A DNA stretch of 64,000 bases. Source: an uncultured Gammaproteobacteria bacterium. Lineage in GTDB: Bacteria; Patescibacteriota; Microgenomatia; Woykebacterales; RBG-16-39-9b. The notes beneath the pieces were generated by a model that was not told the DNA's origin, did not search any database, and saw nothing but the letters and a program-made list of their open reading frames with translations. The position numbers and the translations under genes are program-made. Location of the stretch: NCBI GenBank assembly GCA_964367355.1, contig CAYIWY010000006.1, forward strand, positions 15,968 to 79,967, written 5' to 3'. The number at the start of each line of letters is the position of its first letter. Position 1 is the first letter of the stretch. This document shows positions 29,726 to 37,806 of the stretch, piece by piece.

Positions 29726-29855
29726 GGGTTGAATATTTCCTGGGCAGAAACGAACTTAAATATAACTGAGCGATTACTTTCAGTTTCTGAATGCAAGAGC
29801 GACGTAATCGAAAGCGATTATACCATGTGCTTAAAGCTGGGGGCAACGGATCACT

Positions 29856-30206
29856 TTAACGTACTAAAGTCCCAGGATTTACTTCTTGATTAGGCTCAAG
29901 CAAAATTGCATGGCCTTCAACATCTGCAGCTAGTATCATTCCTTGGCTTTCCAAACCCATGATCTGCCGTGATTCAAGATTTGTAATAAACACAAAACTC
30001 TTGTCTACCAGAGATTCTGAATCATAGTCGTTGGCAATACCAGAAACTATTTGTCGCCTTCCCAGTCCTGAGCTCGTCGAAGGATCTCCGAAATCTACTT
30101 CTAACTTTAAAAGTTTGTCAGATTTCTCTATTTTTTCTGCCGCTACAATTTTTCCAATCTTAATTTCAATTTTTTTAAAGTCTTCAAAAGAAATTTTATC
30201 TATCAT
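29856..30206 (-). CDS. tRNA-binding OB protein (Trbp111/MetG C-terminal/CsaA-like)
   Basis: ISFEDF, DKLLKLEVDFG, RQIVSGI, GLESQGMILAA. Confidence 0.9.
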   Translation of the reverse strand: MIDKISFEDFKKIEIKIGKIVAAEKIEKSDKLLKLEVDFGDPSTSSGLGRRQIVSGIANDYDSESLVDKSFVFITNLESRQIMGLESQGMILAADVEGHAILLEPNQEVNPGTLVR

Positions 30207-30208
30207 AT

Positions 30209-31198
30209 TTAAGATAACGATTTATAAACAGCACTCTCAAAAATGTCACCAACAATTTCCTCAACTATATCCTGAGAGGTAAAAACCCCCTCCATATTAC
30301 CATTGTCATTAACCACAATACCCAAGGAGCTGCCTTTGAACTTGGATTGAGTAACAACTGTGTCTATCCTGGTGTGTTCATTGACAAAGAAGGTTGGGCG
30401 CATTATTTCTTTAAGTTTAGTTTGTAATTTTTCTGCCTTTATCACCCTCAAAACATCAATTACATCTAGTAAACCAATAATCTTTTCCTGTCTCTCTTCA
30501 TACAAAGGATAGCGATCAAAGGGAGAGTCGACTACACTATCGAGAAATTGCTCGACGGTTAGTTCAGAGTCAAAAGTAATTACCTGGGCTCTTGGGGTCA
30601 TTATTTGTTTAACAGTTATCGTTTCAAAATCTAAAACCGAATGCAAGCGTTCGCTAGCTTCTTTATCCAAAAGACCTTCTTCCCTACCCAGACTAATAAC
30701 CGAACGGATTTCTGCTTCAGTAAATGTAGTTTTTTTGTCACCGGTTAATTTATTGACAATCCTAGTGATTCCTTCCAGACCTACGACCACGGGAAAAAGT
30801 AAAAATTCAAGAATTTGCATTGGTTTAGCCATTATCAAAGCGAGGTTTTCAGCGTTTTGGATTGCAAAACTCTTTGGGACTATATCTGTAAAAACTAAGA
30901 CCAGAAGGGTTACGACCCCGGTTGCAATACCAATACCTTCATTTCCGAAAGCTTTAATTGCAATTGCAGTAAAAAAAGCCGCTGTAAAAGTATTGGTTAA
31001 ATTACTTCCAATGAGAATCGTTATTAATAACTTGTGTGGCCTAGACTTTAGTGCTAAAAGTGTGCTTGCCCCTCTTTTATTTTCGGCAACAAACGAACGG
31101 ATCCGACTTTTGCTGAGTGAAAACATTGAAGTTTCACTAGCAGAAAAAACTGCTGAGAAAGCTAAAAGTATTATTAGTAAACTAAAATCAAAAATCAT
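30209..31198 (-). CDS. CNNM/DUF21 plus CBS domain (HlyC/CorC family) membrane protein
   Basis: FSASETSMFS, IVPKSFA, IMTPR, DIVEEIVGDI. Confidence 0.9.
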   Translation of the reverse strand: MIFDFSLLIILLAFSAVFSASETSMFSLSKSRIRSFVAENKRGASTLLALKSRPHKLLITILIGSNLTNTFTAAFFTAIAIKAFGNEGIGIATGVVTLLVLVFTDIVPKSFAIQNAENLALIMAKPMQILEFLLFPVVVGLEGITRIVNKLTGDKKTTFTEAEIRSVISLGREEGLLDKEASERLHSVLDFETITVKQIMTPRAQVITFDSELTVEQFLDSVVDSPFDRYPLYEERQEKIIGLLDVIDVLRVIKAEKLQTKLKEIMRPTFFVNEHTRIDTVVTQSKFKGSSLGIVVNDNGNMEGVFTSQDIVEEIVGDIFESAVYKSLS

Positions 31199-31263
31199 GG
31201 GATAGTTTAATTATTGAATATTTTGATGGAAATTAACATAGATGCAAATTAAATATTACTATT

Positions 31264-31344
31264 TGGTGGCTGTGGTTGGAGGCAGATGCTTCGCATCCAA
31301 TCCCGCTTAAAGCGGGACCGAACCAACGACCAACGGCTTACAAT
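31264..31344 (-). pseudogene. 3'-half tRNA remnant with an insertion in the T-loop
   Basis: Minus strand TTGTAA GCCGT TGGTC GTTGG TTCG[insert]T CCAAC CACAGCC ACCA. No matching 5' half. Confidence 0.65.
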
Positions 31345-31379
31345 TGTAAATTGCAGAGAACGAAGTGAATCTACAACTG

Positions 31380-31454
31380 TGGTGGCTGGGGTGAGATTCG
31401 AACTCACAACCGTAGCCTTATGAAGACTCTGCTCCGCCATTGAGCTACCCAGCC
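31380..31454 (-). tRNA. tRNA with CAT anticodon (probably elongator Met; Ile2 not excluded)
   Basis: GGCTGGG/CCCAGCC acceptor, GCTC/GAGC D stem, TT-CAT-AA loop, TTCGAAT, encoded CCA. Confidence 0.9.
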
Positions 31455-31490
31455 AAAGTGGGCAAATTATATCAGAGGTAGATAAAACGC

Positions 31491-31518
31491 ACAAATCCGT
31501 CTTTTAGAGACGGATTTG
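31491..31518. terminator. Hairpin between the tRNA genes
   Basis: CAAATCCGTCT...AGACGGATTTG. Confidence 0.55.
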
Positions 31519-31521
31519 CCT

Positions 31522-31596
31522 TGGTTGCGGGTGCCGGACTCGAACCGGCTTAAGGAAGATTATGAGCCTTCCGGGATTCCATACCCCCCACCCGCG
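31522..31596 (-). tRNA. Initiator-type tRNA-fMet (CAT) with atypical anticodon stem
   Basis: CGCGGG...CCCGCAACCA with C1xA72 mismatch, CTCATAA loop, stem GAAGG/TCTTC. Confidence 0.85.
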
Positions 31597-31717
31597 ACGT
31601 TTTAGTTGCCCGATTCTAACATAGGCTTGAACTTAAGTCAATTTATGCACTTCTTTAGCGTTGACTTTTCAAGCTACTTGGCAGTAACATTTAACCAGCA
31701 TTAATTTTCAAGCTGCC

Positions 31718-32188
31718 ATGGACTTAATCAAAGAATTAAAAATAGCAATCAAAAACCCCCTTAACTTTAAAAATTTACTGATTATTTTTTTCCACATTTT
31801 TTTAGTCTTGATAGTTGGTTTATCAATGTTAGTTCTGGTGAAATTTTTCTTTCTTGGCAGTTCAGCTAGAACAGCTTGTACAACCCCAAAAACAACCAGT
31901 GTAAAAAGCTCAGTAACCTCAGTTAAAAATGTAGTTTACAAAATAAATTTCTCTGGAAATGAGAAGTGCTTTATGCAATCTTGGTTTACCTGGGCAAACG
32001 ACAATAAAGACTTATCTCTCTGGGTTTATGACCCAAGTGGTAATGTCAGTATTATTGATTCAACTAAAACACAACCAAACTTAAACTATTTTTCAAACTC
32101 ACCCTTAATCAAGGGTGATTGGAGATTGATAGTAAAAACAACAAGCAAAACCAAAGTTTACTACAGTGGTGAAATCGCGATCAGATAA
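31718..32188 (+). CDS. Membrane-anchored hypothetical protein (PPC-like beta domain)
   Basis: N-terminal TM and DLSLWVYDPSG...GDWRLIV. Confidence 0.75.
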   Translation: MDLIKELKIAIKNPLNFKNLLIIFFHIFLVLIVGLSMLVLVKFFFLGSSARTACTTPKTTSVKSSVTSVKNVVYKINFSGNEKCFMQSWFTWANDNKDLSLWVYDPSGNVSIIDSTKTQPNLNYFSNSPLIKGDWRLIVKTTSKTKVYYSGEIAIR

Positions 32189-32191
32189 ACT

Positions 32192-32956
32192 ATGCTAGAA
32201 CTAATAAAAAAAACAATCGAGCCCCCTTACAATGCTCGGGATTTATACTCAATTTTTGCTGCATTATTTATTATGTTACTCGTACCGTTAACTGTTCTTG
32301 AGTCTACAAAAGCTCAAGATGACCGTACTTCTGCAGCAACGCTGCCAATACAAAAATTAAACCAAGATATAAATGTCGACATAACCTCACCACGAAATAA
32401 TGATCTTGTAAAAGGCTCTGTTGATGTGTCAGTTGAAGCTAGCAACACAAAGGACAATATTTCTAGTATCAGCCTCTACCTAAACAAAAAACTGCTAGCA
32501 ATTGTGAAAAACCCTTCCCCAACCAATGTTTTTGCAACAAGAGTTACAATTGACACGACAAAAGAAAAAAACGGCATACAATCTTTAATTGCATACGGTT
32601 ACAACAGTGTTGGCGAACAAAATAGATCAAGTAGTGTCTCAATCAATCTTGTGAATTTGGATACTACTTTGCCTTCTGTTAGCTTTAGTAATTTAAAAGA
32701 TGGTGATTATTTAAGTAATACAAGTTTTTTTGTTAAGGTTATTGCTAACGATGAGACTGCAATTTCTTCAATCTCAATTTACTTGGACAAGACACTTTTG
32801 AGACAATTCTCCAAAATTCCTTATGAAACATTTATCGATCTAAGTAAAACTACCCCAGGGAATCATGTACTTAGTGCCAAGGCTATTGACTTTGCTGGTA
32901 ATGAAAGTACCGTTAATGTTGAGTTCTATAAAGGTGTAAAAAAGATTACAAATTAA
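32192..32956 (+). CDS. Membrane-anchored Ig-like (Big_7-type) repeat protein
   Basis: TM, ITSPRNND.VKG.V, DTTLPSVSF, GNHVLSAKAIDFAGN. Confidence 0.8.
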   Translation: MLELIKKTIEPPYNARDLYSIFAALFIMLLVPLTVLESTKAQDDRTSAATLPIQKLNQDINVDITSPRNNDLVKGSVDVSVEASNTKDNISSISLYLNKKLLAIVKNPSPTNVFATRVTIDTTKEKNGIQSLIAYGYNSVGEQNRSSSVSINLVNLDTTLPSVSFSNLKDGDYLSNTSFFVKVIANDETAISSISIYLDKTLLRQFSKIPYETFIDLSKTTPGNHVLSAKAIDFAGNESTVNVEFYKGVKKITN

Positions 32957-33293
32957 TTTTTAGTAACTCTAGCCACTTGGTAAAATTTGATTTTTCTTTT
33001 TGGATTGAACTAGCCTCATTTGAATTAAGATCCCCGTCTTGTAATACAATTATAGTTTCCCCTTGCTTCCCATAACCCAATTTATCCCTTGCTTCCTTTT
33101 CCAAAGAAAACTCTGATTGTTTTAGGCTTACCTTTTGAGTTAGTTCTTGATTTTTTATTTTTAAAGATTTCAAATCATTTTGATTACTATTAATTTCTTT
33201 TAGTTTTTTGTAAGAGTCGTAGCTGCCTCGAGCAAGGTTTGAGATGGTAACTATGAGAATAATTATTACACCAATCGAAAGCAGTTTCCTCAT
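32946..33293 (-). CDS. Septum formation initiator (FtsB/DivIC-like)
   Basis: TM, coiled coil, LEKEARDKLGYGKQGE. Confidence 0.8.
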   Translation of the reverse strand: MRKLLSIGVIIILIVTISNLARGSYDSYKKLKEINSNQNDLKSLKIKNQELTQKVSLKQSEFSLEKEARDKLGYGKQGETIIVLQDGDLNSNEASSIQKEKSNFTKWLELLKINL

Positions 33294-33366
33294 AGTTAAA
33301 TTATACATCATTCGTCTTTGGCTATTTTTGGGATAATAAGCTAGTTTTTAAACGTCCCATAGTCTC

Positions 33367-33395
33367 TTGACAGATGTTGAAACTCCTGTTAAACT
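33367..33395 (+). promoter_or_regulatory. Sigma70-type promoter
   Basis: TTGACA-17-TAAACT. Confidence 0.65.
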
Positions 33396-33416
33396 AAGAA
33401 ATAGTTAAAGCTCACT

Positions 33417-34289
33417 ATGATTAAAATTAAAGATGCCCACTCAAAATTTGTAGATCATCTCAAGTCTCAAGGTCGCTCCAGTGCGACTGTTTTAGCATAT
33501 GGAAAAGATATTGAACAGCTCGCTACCTTTCTTGAAGAACTAAAAAAGAGCCACGTCCACGAAGTTGGTACTAAAGATCTACAAGCTTTTATGGCTAAGT
33601 TGGTTAAAGAAGGCTACACCCCAAAAAGTGTTTCCCGAAAAACAAACTCAACTAAAACTTTTTTCCGGTTTCTAAAGGTTAATGAAATTATCACCGACGA
33701 TCCAGCTACACTTCTTGAACACCCTAAATTTGAGATGAAACCGCCAAGGATTCTTTCCAAGATGGAGTATCGCGCTCTCCGCGACGCTGCAAGAAGTGAT
33801 ACTCGACTCTCAGCAATTATTGAGCTACTTCTGCAAACCGGAATTAGGATCGGTGAGCTGGCTAAGCTAAGACTTCCTGATGTAAAGTTTGGCGAAAACT
33901 CACGGGCCGGAGAACTTCATGTTCCAGCTGGAGAAAGCTACCCAGACAGAAACGTTCCTTTGAATAAAGCCTGTGAGACTTCTTTGAAGAAGTATCTGGA
34001 TATCCGTCCGCAAACTAAAGACGATACTCTTTTTATTACGAAAACTGGCCGTCCGCTACTCGTTAGAAATATCAGAACAGCAATTGACCGTTATTTCCGC
34101 CTCGCCGGAATTAAGGGAGCCAAGGTAAACGACTTGCGCCACACTTTTGTCGCTCATCACTTAATGAGTGGTACGTCTTTGGTATTGGTAAGTAAGCTTG
34201 CCGGTCACAAGCGCTTGGCTACAACTGAAAAGTATCTCAACTTGATTCAAAGCCGGTTGGATGAACCAGTTAAGCTAGAAGAGCTGTAA
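33417..34289 (+). CDS. Tyrosine recombinase, XerC/XerD-like
   Basis: SAM-like N domain, TGIRIGEL, NDLRHTF, LAGH, TTEKY. Confidence 0.92.
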   Translation: MIKIKDAHSKFVDHLKSQGRSSATVLAYGKDIEQLATFLEELKKSHVHEVGTKDLQAFMAKLVKEGYTPKSVSRKTNSTKTFFRFLKVNEIITDDPATLLEHPKFEMKPPRILSKMEYRALRDAARSDTRLSAIIELLLQTGIRIGELAKLRLPDVKFGENSRAGELHVPAGESYPDRNVPLNKACETSLKKYLDIRPQTKDDTLFITKTGRPLLVRNIRTAIDRYFRLAGIKGAKVNDLRHTFVAHHLMSGTSLVLVSKLAGHKRLATTEKYLNLIQSRLDEPVKLEEL

Positions 34290-35035
34290 GGCCTTCGAAA
34301 CGGTATTAATTTCCAAATTGTTTGCGCTTCAGCACTCTCCATTCTCCTAAGTAAAAAGATAAACATCGTTACCAAAAAAACTAGTTCCAAAATTATCCCG
34401 ACCAAACCTCCTAAAAGGAATAGATTAAAAGTTGCGTGAGTTAACATAGCTGCAAACAAACCTTTGAAAAAAACGCCCTTCTCCCCGGTAAACTTCTCTT
34501 TTCCAAGAAAATAACCAGATATCCCAGTTGCTGTCGCGTGAAGCAGAGTTGTCGCCAAGAATCGTAAAACAAATACTACAACTAGCATACCTACTCCTTT
34601 TTCCAAAGCATCAAAAAAATAAAATAAATTTTCGAGAGTTGCAAAACCGAGTGCTGCACTTACCCCTAAAACAGCCCCATCAACCACCTGGTTAAACTTG
34701 GGATCTTTATAAGCAAAAATTTTGACTGCGAAAATTTTGATTATTTCTTCGATAAAGGCTAGGAGTATGGTTAAGACGACGACAATAATCGCTAAATCCG
34801 AACTTAATGTTTTCACTTTTTCGAGGTTGAAAAAGGTTGTTCTAATATGATCTGGAAGTGGTAGGATCACTACCAAATTAATAATTATCGCAACAACAGC
34901 GCTTAGTCCACCAAAAATAAAAATTTTTGTGATAAGTCTTTTTGGGATTGGATCAAATTTTTCCTCATGTAAAAAAACAACAAACCAGAAAATTGTGGGT
35001 AAAAAAGCTAAAAAAAGTAAGATAAGCAGCGTCAT
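34247..35035 (-). CDS. PrsW-family intramembrane metalloprotease
   Basis: IEEIIK, ALGFATLEN, LLHA, THATFN. Confidence 0.88.
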   Translation of the reverse strand: MTLLILLFLAFLPTIFWFVVFLHEEKFDPIPKRLITKIFIFGGLSAVVAIIINLVVILPLPDHIRTTFFNLEKVKTLSSDLAIIVVVLTILLAFIEEIIKIFAVKIFAYKDPKFNQVVDGAVLGVSAALGFATLENLFYFFDALEKGVGMLVVVFVLRFLATTLLHATATGISGYFLGKEKFTGEKGVFFKGLFAAMLTHATFNLFLLGGLVGIILELVFLVTMFIFLLRRMESAEAQTIWKLIPFRRPYSSSSLTGSSNRL

Positions 35036-35104
35036 TGATATCTAATGATATTCGGATTATTTCTTGATTGTCAATGAAAATTTAGACAAAAAGTTTTTTG
35101 GATT

Positions 35105-35509
35105 TTAGTTGTACCCACCAAGATTATCGGTTTTTGCTAAGGCTAAACTTAAGCTACTGATAGTTTTACCGTCAATATTGATATTTATCTGATAATTACC
35201 GGCTTCCGGAAAGGTTGTATTGATTAACTCAATAATGAAGTTAAAATTCTTCTTACCCTCATTTATGGGTAGGTTTACATCTCTTTCCTGTGTCTCTTGT
35301 AGGATCGACCGGCTATTTTTTTCCGAGACAATATCAATTGCTAGTTTAAACTTCTCTTTTGAAGCTGCGACGCTACCAACCAATGTAAATTTCTGATGGC
35401 TAACCGGAAAACTTCCTGCATTTATTGTCTCAAAAACACCAATTATATTGACCTTACGGTCAATTGATAAAAAAGCGCTATCACAGAGTAATGCGTAGAG
35501 TAGTTTCAT
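35105..35509 (-). CDS. DUF6941-like hypothetical protein
   Basis: LLCDSA...KVNIIGVFETI...FPEAGNY. ATG at 35509. Confidence 0.7.
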   Translation of the reverse strand: MKLLYALLCDSAFLSIDRKVNIIGVFETINAGSFPVSHQKFTLVGSVAASKEKFKLAIDIVSEKNSRSILQETQERDVNLPINEGKKNFNFIIELINTTFPEAGNYQININIDGKTISSLSLALAKTDNLGGYN

Positions 35510-35518
35510 GGTTTTTTG

Positions 35519-35717
35519 TGGACACACTTGGATTTGAACCAAGGACCCCTAATTAGTGAGAACCTACAGTAATCAAGTCAATTAAGACCTTTGGTGGGCC
35601 AGCTTGGATTTGAACCAAGGACCCCTACTTTATAAGAGTAGTGCTCTAACCGCTGAGCTACTGGCCCTTTTGCCAGTTCTCAGTAAAATAGTGCTCTAAC
35701 CACTGAGCTATGTGTCC
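35519..35717 (-). ncRNA. Outer tRNA-like scaffold whose anticodon loop is replaced by a 133-nt insert containing a whole tRNA
   Basis: 5' half GGACACA TA GCTC AGTGGTTA GAGC A CTATT (35717-35687). 3' half ATTAG GGGTC CTTGG TTCAAAT CCAAG TGTGTCC A (35553-35519). Confidence 0.8.
35592..35667 (-). tRNA. tRNA-Ile(TAT)
   Basis: GGGCCAG/CTGGCCC acceptor, CTACT-CT TAT AA-AGTAG anticodon arm, TTCAAAT, encoded CCA. 76 nt. Confidence 0.93.
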
Positions 35718-36058
35718 AAATTAAAGGGATTTTATCACAGTCAGATTTCAAAGTCTCTCAATAAAAGAGGGACTCCACAGTTCGAGGGTTAACCGTGGAG
35801 CTCAATAGAAATGACCAAATTACCCTTTGGAAAGTAGCGTGCCAGATCAATGGTGTGGTCGTTGGTCTAACCCATCTTTCACCACTGCAAGCCCGTTACT
35901 ACCATTTGCCTTTGAAGGTATCCATAGTGGGTCTGGACTAAATTGTCTTTTCTTTTAGCAGAACAACCCTCATTGAAACACCACTTGTTCCGCAAGACAC
36001 TCTCTCCTTTAAGGCTCTGGTTTAATTATTTTAACACTGAGGTCAAACAAACAGACTT

Positions 36059-37036
36059 TTAGTTAGTAAATTCTTGGCAAAACATTTTGCCGTTGATCCC
36101 TCCGTCAATTACCCCTACTCCTAGAGTTCCAAATTCAGCTCGTAAAATATTTTCCCGATGGCCTGGGGAATTCATTAACCCTTGATGAGCTATAGGAACA
36201 CTTGGCGCATAAGCTAGATTCTCTCCAGCCGCTATGTAATCAATCAATGCTTCTTGAATCCTGTCAAAGGGGGACTTTCCCTCTATTGTGTAATGTGAAA
36301 AATAATTACGCTTAAACATATCGCTGCAATGAGCTCGGCCAACAGCGGCAAGAGCATTGCTAAATTTTAATTGGTTCAAACCAGAGGCCTTTCTCTCTTT
36401 GTTGACAAGGTCAAACATTTCTTTTTCTGACCCTGGGTCTTCATTTAAAACAATGTTCTCTGGTAAATTAAGTTCTTGAATATCCTCGCTAACTGAATTG
36501 GTTGGGGTAAGAACATAAACCAAATTTTTGTAAGGAACTCGATTTAAGATTTTCTCTATCCTCTGGATCTGAGAGATACCCCTACTGGCAACATTTTGAC
36601 CCCACCAGGACTCTTGTACTGGCGTACGCAGCCAGGATTTAACCGGTAGCACTAGAACCAACACCATTAGTACTGAGACTAAAAATAGACCGACTAAAAC
36701 TGATGGGATTACTCCAAGATATTTATCCACTTTGGCAATTGTTTTTGATTTTTTATAAAGTGGGGCTATTTTTGAGTAGAGAAAGGTTAATAAAAAGCTG
36801 AGTGTAAATTCCAAAAGAACAAGGCAGATAATAAAGCCAATGATTGGAGATATGTTTTCATTAAAATTAAATTTACTCTCTAAAAATCCCCCTAAATAAG
36901 GATAAAATACAGTGGAAAGTACAAAGGCAGCAATTGTTGCTAGTAAATTTAAAAGTCCGCCAACCAGACCAGTTCGATAGCCTTGCCAAATCAAGTAAGC
37001 AATAAAAACGACAATAAAAACATCAACAAAATTCAT
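36059..37036 (-). CDS. CvpA (colicin V production) membrane domain fused to a CAP domain
   Basis: MNFVD...GYRTGLV N-terminal TMs. C-terminal LVNKER, YFSH, GENLA, MNSPGHRENI. Confidence 0.88.
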   Translation of the reverse strand: MNFVDVFIVVFIAYLIWQGYRTGLVGGLLNLLATIAAFVLSTVFYPYLGGFLESKFNFNENISPIIGFIICLVLLEFTLSFLLTFLYSKIAPLYKKSKTIAKVDKYLGVIPSVLVGLFLVSVLMVLVLVLPVKSWLRTPVQESWWGQNVASRGISQIQRIEKILNRVPYKNLVYVLTPTNSVSEDIQELNLPENIVLNEDPGSEKEMFDLVNKERKASGLNQLKFSNALAAVGRAHCSDMFKRNYFSHYTIEGKSPFDRIQEALIDYIAAGENLAYAPSVPIAHQGLMNSPGHRENILRAEFGTLGVGVIDGGINGKMFCQEFTN

Positions 37037-37042
37037 AATTTA

Positions 37043-37339
37043 TTAAATTCCAATTTCTGCTCTAGCTTCTGGATTAATTTTTGACAAATCCCAGACAGGA
37101 TCGAAAGTTAGCCTTAAAGTTAATTTGCCCAAGTTTTCAATCGAACCCACTGTGTCATTAATTTCTTTATTTATTATCCCACCCAAGGGACAGCCTGGAA
37201 ATGTCAAAGTCATTAAAATATCAACGTCATTTTTTTTAACCGAGATATTATAAATAAGACCAAGGTCAACAATATTTATTCCGAGTTCCGGGTCAAGTAC
37301 TTCTCGCAATTTATTTTCAACAAGTTTTTTGGTGACCAT
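37043..37339 (-). CDS. DUF59 / SufT-like metal-sulfur cluster assembly factor
   Basis: VLDPELGINIVDLGLIY and MTLTFPGCP. Confidence 0.92.
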   Translation of the reverse strand: MVTKKLVENKLREVLDPELGINIVDLGLIYNISVKKNDVDILMTLTFPGCPLGGIINKEINDTVGSIENLGKLTLRLTFDPVWDLSKINPEARAEIGI

Positions 37340-37387
37340 TGGACAATAATTTTAGCTGATTTTAAAGAAAAGGAAAACGTTGAAAAA

Positions 37388-37774
37388 CTAAGAGGCACCT
37401 TCGAAGAATTTCTTAACCTCATCAACTACTTGTGATGGGGTGTAGGAAACTTTCAGTAAATAACCATCCGCTCCAAGCTCAAAACCTTCTTTAATGATCG
37501 TTTCTTCTCCAAGGTTGGTTAAAAGTAGTACAGGAATTTTTTTAGTCAGCTCGTTCTCTTTCAAGGCTCGGAGAACTTCAATTCCGCTCATCTTGGGAAG
37601 CATAATATCAAGCAGCATAATATCAGGTTGTTCCTCACCAGCTTTAAGGAGACCCTCTTCCCCATCTTGGGCAACGACAACAGTGTAACCGTTGTTCAAA
37701 AATTCGTGACGATAAATCTCTCTTACGGAGTCCTCGTCGTCAACGACTAAAATTTTCTTAACTTTATCTGCCAT
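37388..37774 (-). CDS. Stand-alone response regulator receiver
   Basis: ILVVDD, LLDIMLPKMSG, LTN, YLLK. Confidence 0.93.
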   Translation of the reverse strand: MADKVKKILVVDDEDSVREIYRHEFLNNGYTVVVAQDGEEGLLKAGEEQPDIMLLDIMLPKMSGIEVLRALKENELTKKIPVLLLTNLGEETIIKEGFELGADGYLLKVSYTPSQVVDEVKKFFEGAS

Positions 37775-37806
37775 TAGTAATTATGGTATCTCGAAACAGG
37801 TTTCGT

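Noticed and set aside
35510-35542. N-terminal extension MVQIQVCPQKT of the DUF6941-like ORF
   Set aside because: It is read through the T arm of the outer tRNA-like half. ATG 35509 is preferred.
35554-35686. Insert in the outer tRNA as a group I/II or archaeal BHB intron
   Set aside because: Too short once the inner tRNA is subtracted, no catalytic core motifs, no bulge-helix-bulge geometry, and no obvious splice restoring a 7-nt anticodon loop.
31264-35717. Integrative element bounded by tRNA att sites around the tyrosine recombinase
   Set aside because: The two tRNA loci do not share a long direct repeat, and the enclosed genes (ftsB-like, prsW) look chromosomal.
35760-36010. Small ORF after an AAGGAGAG SD
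   Set aside because: Only ORFs under 40 aa with no recognisable motif. Possibly a remnant.
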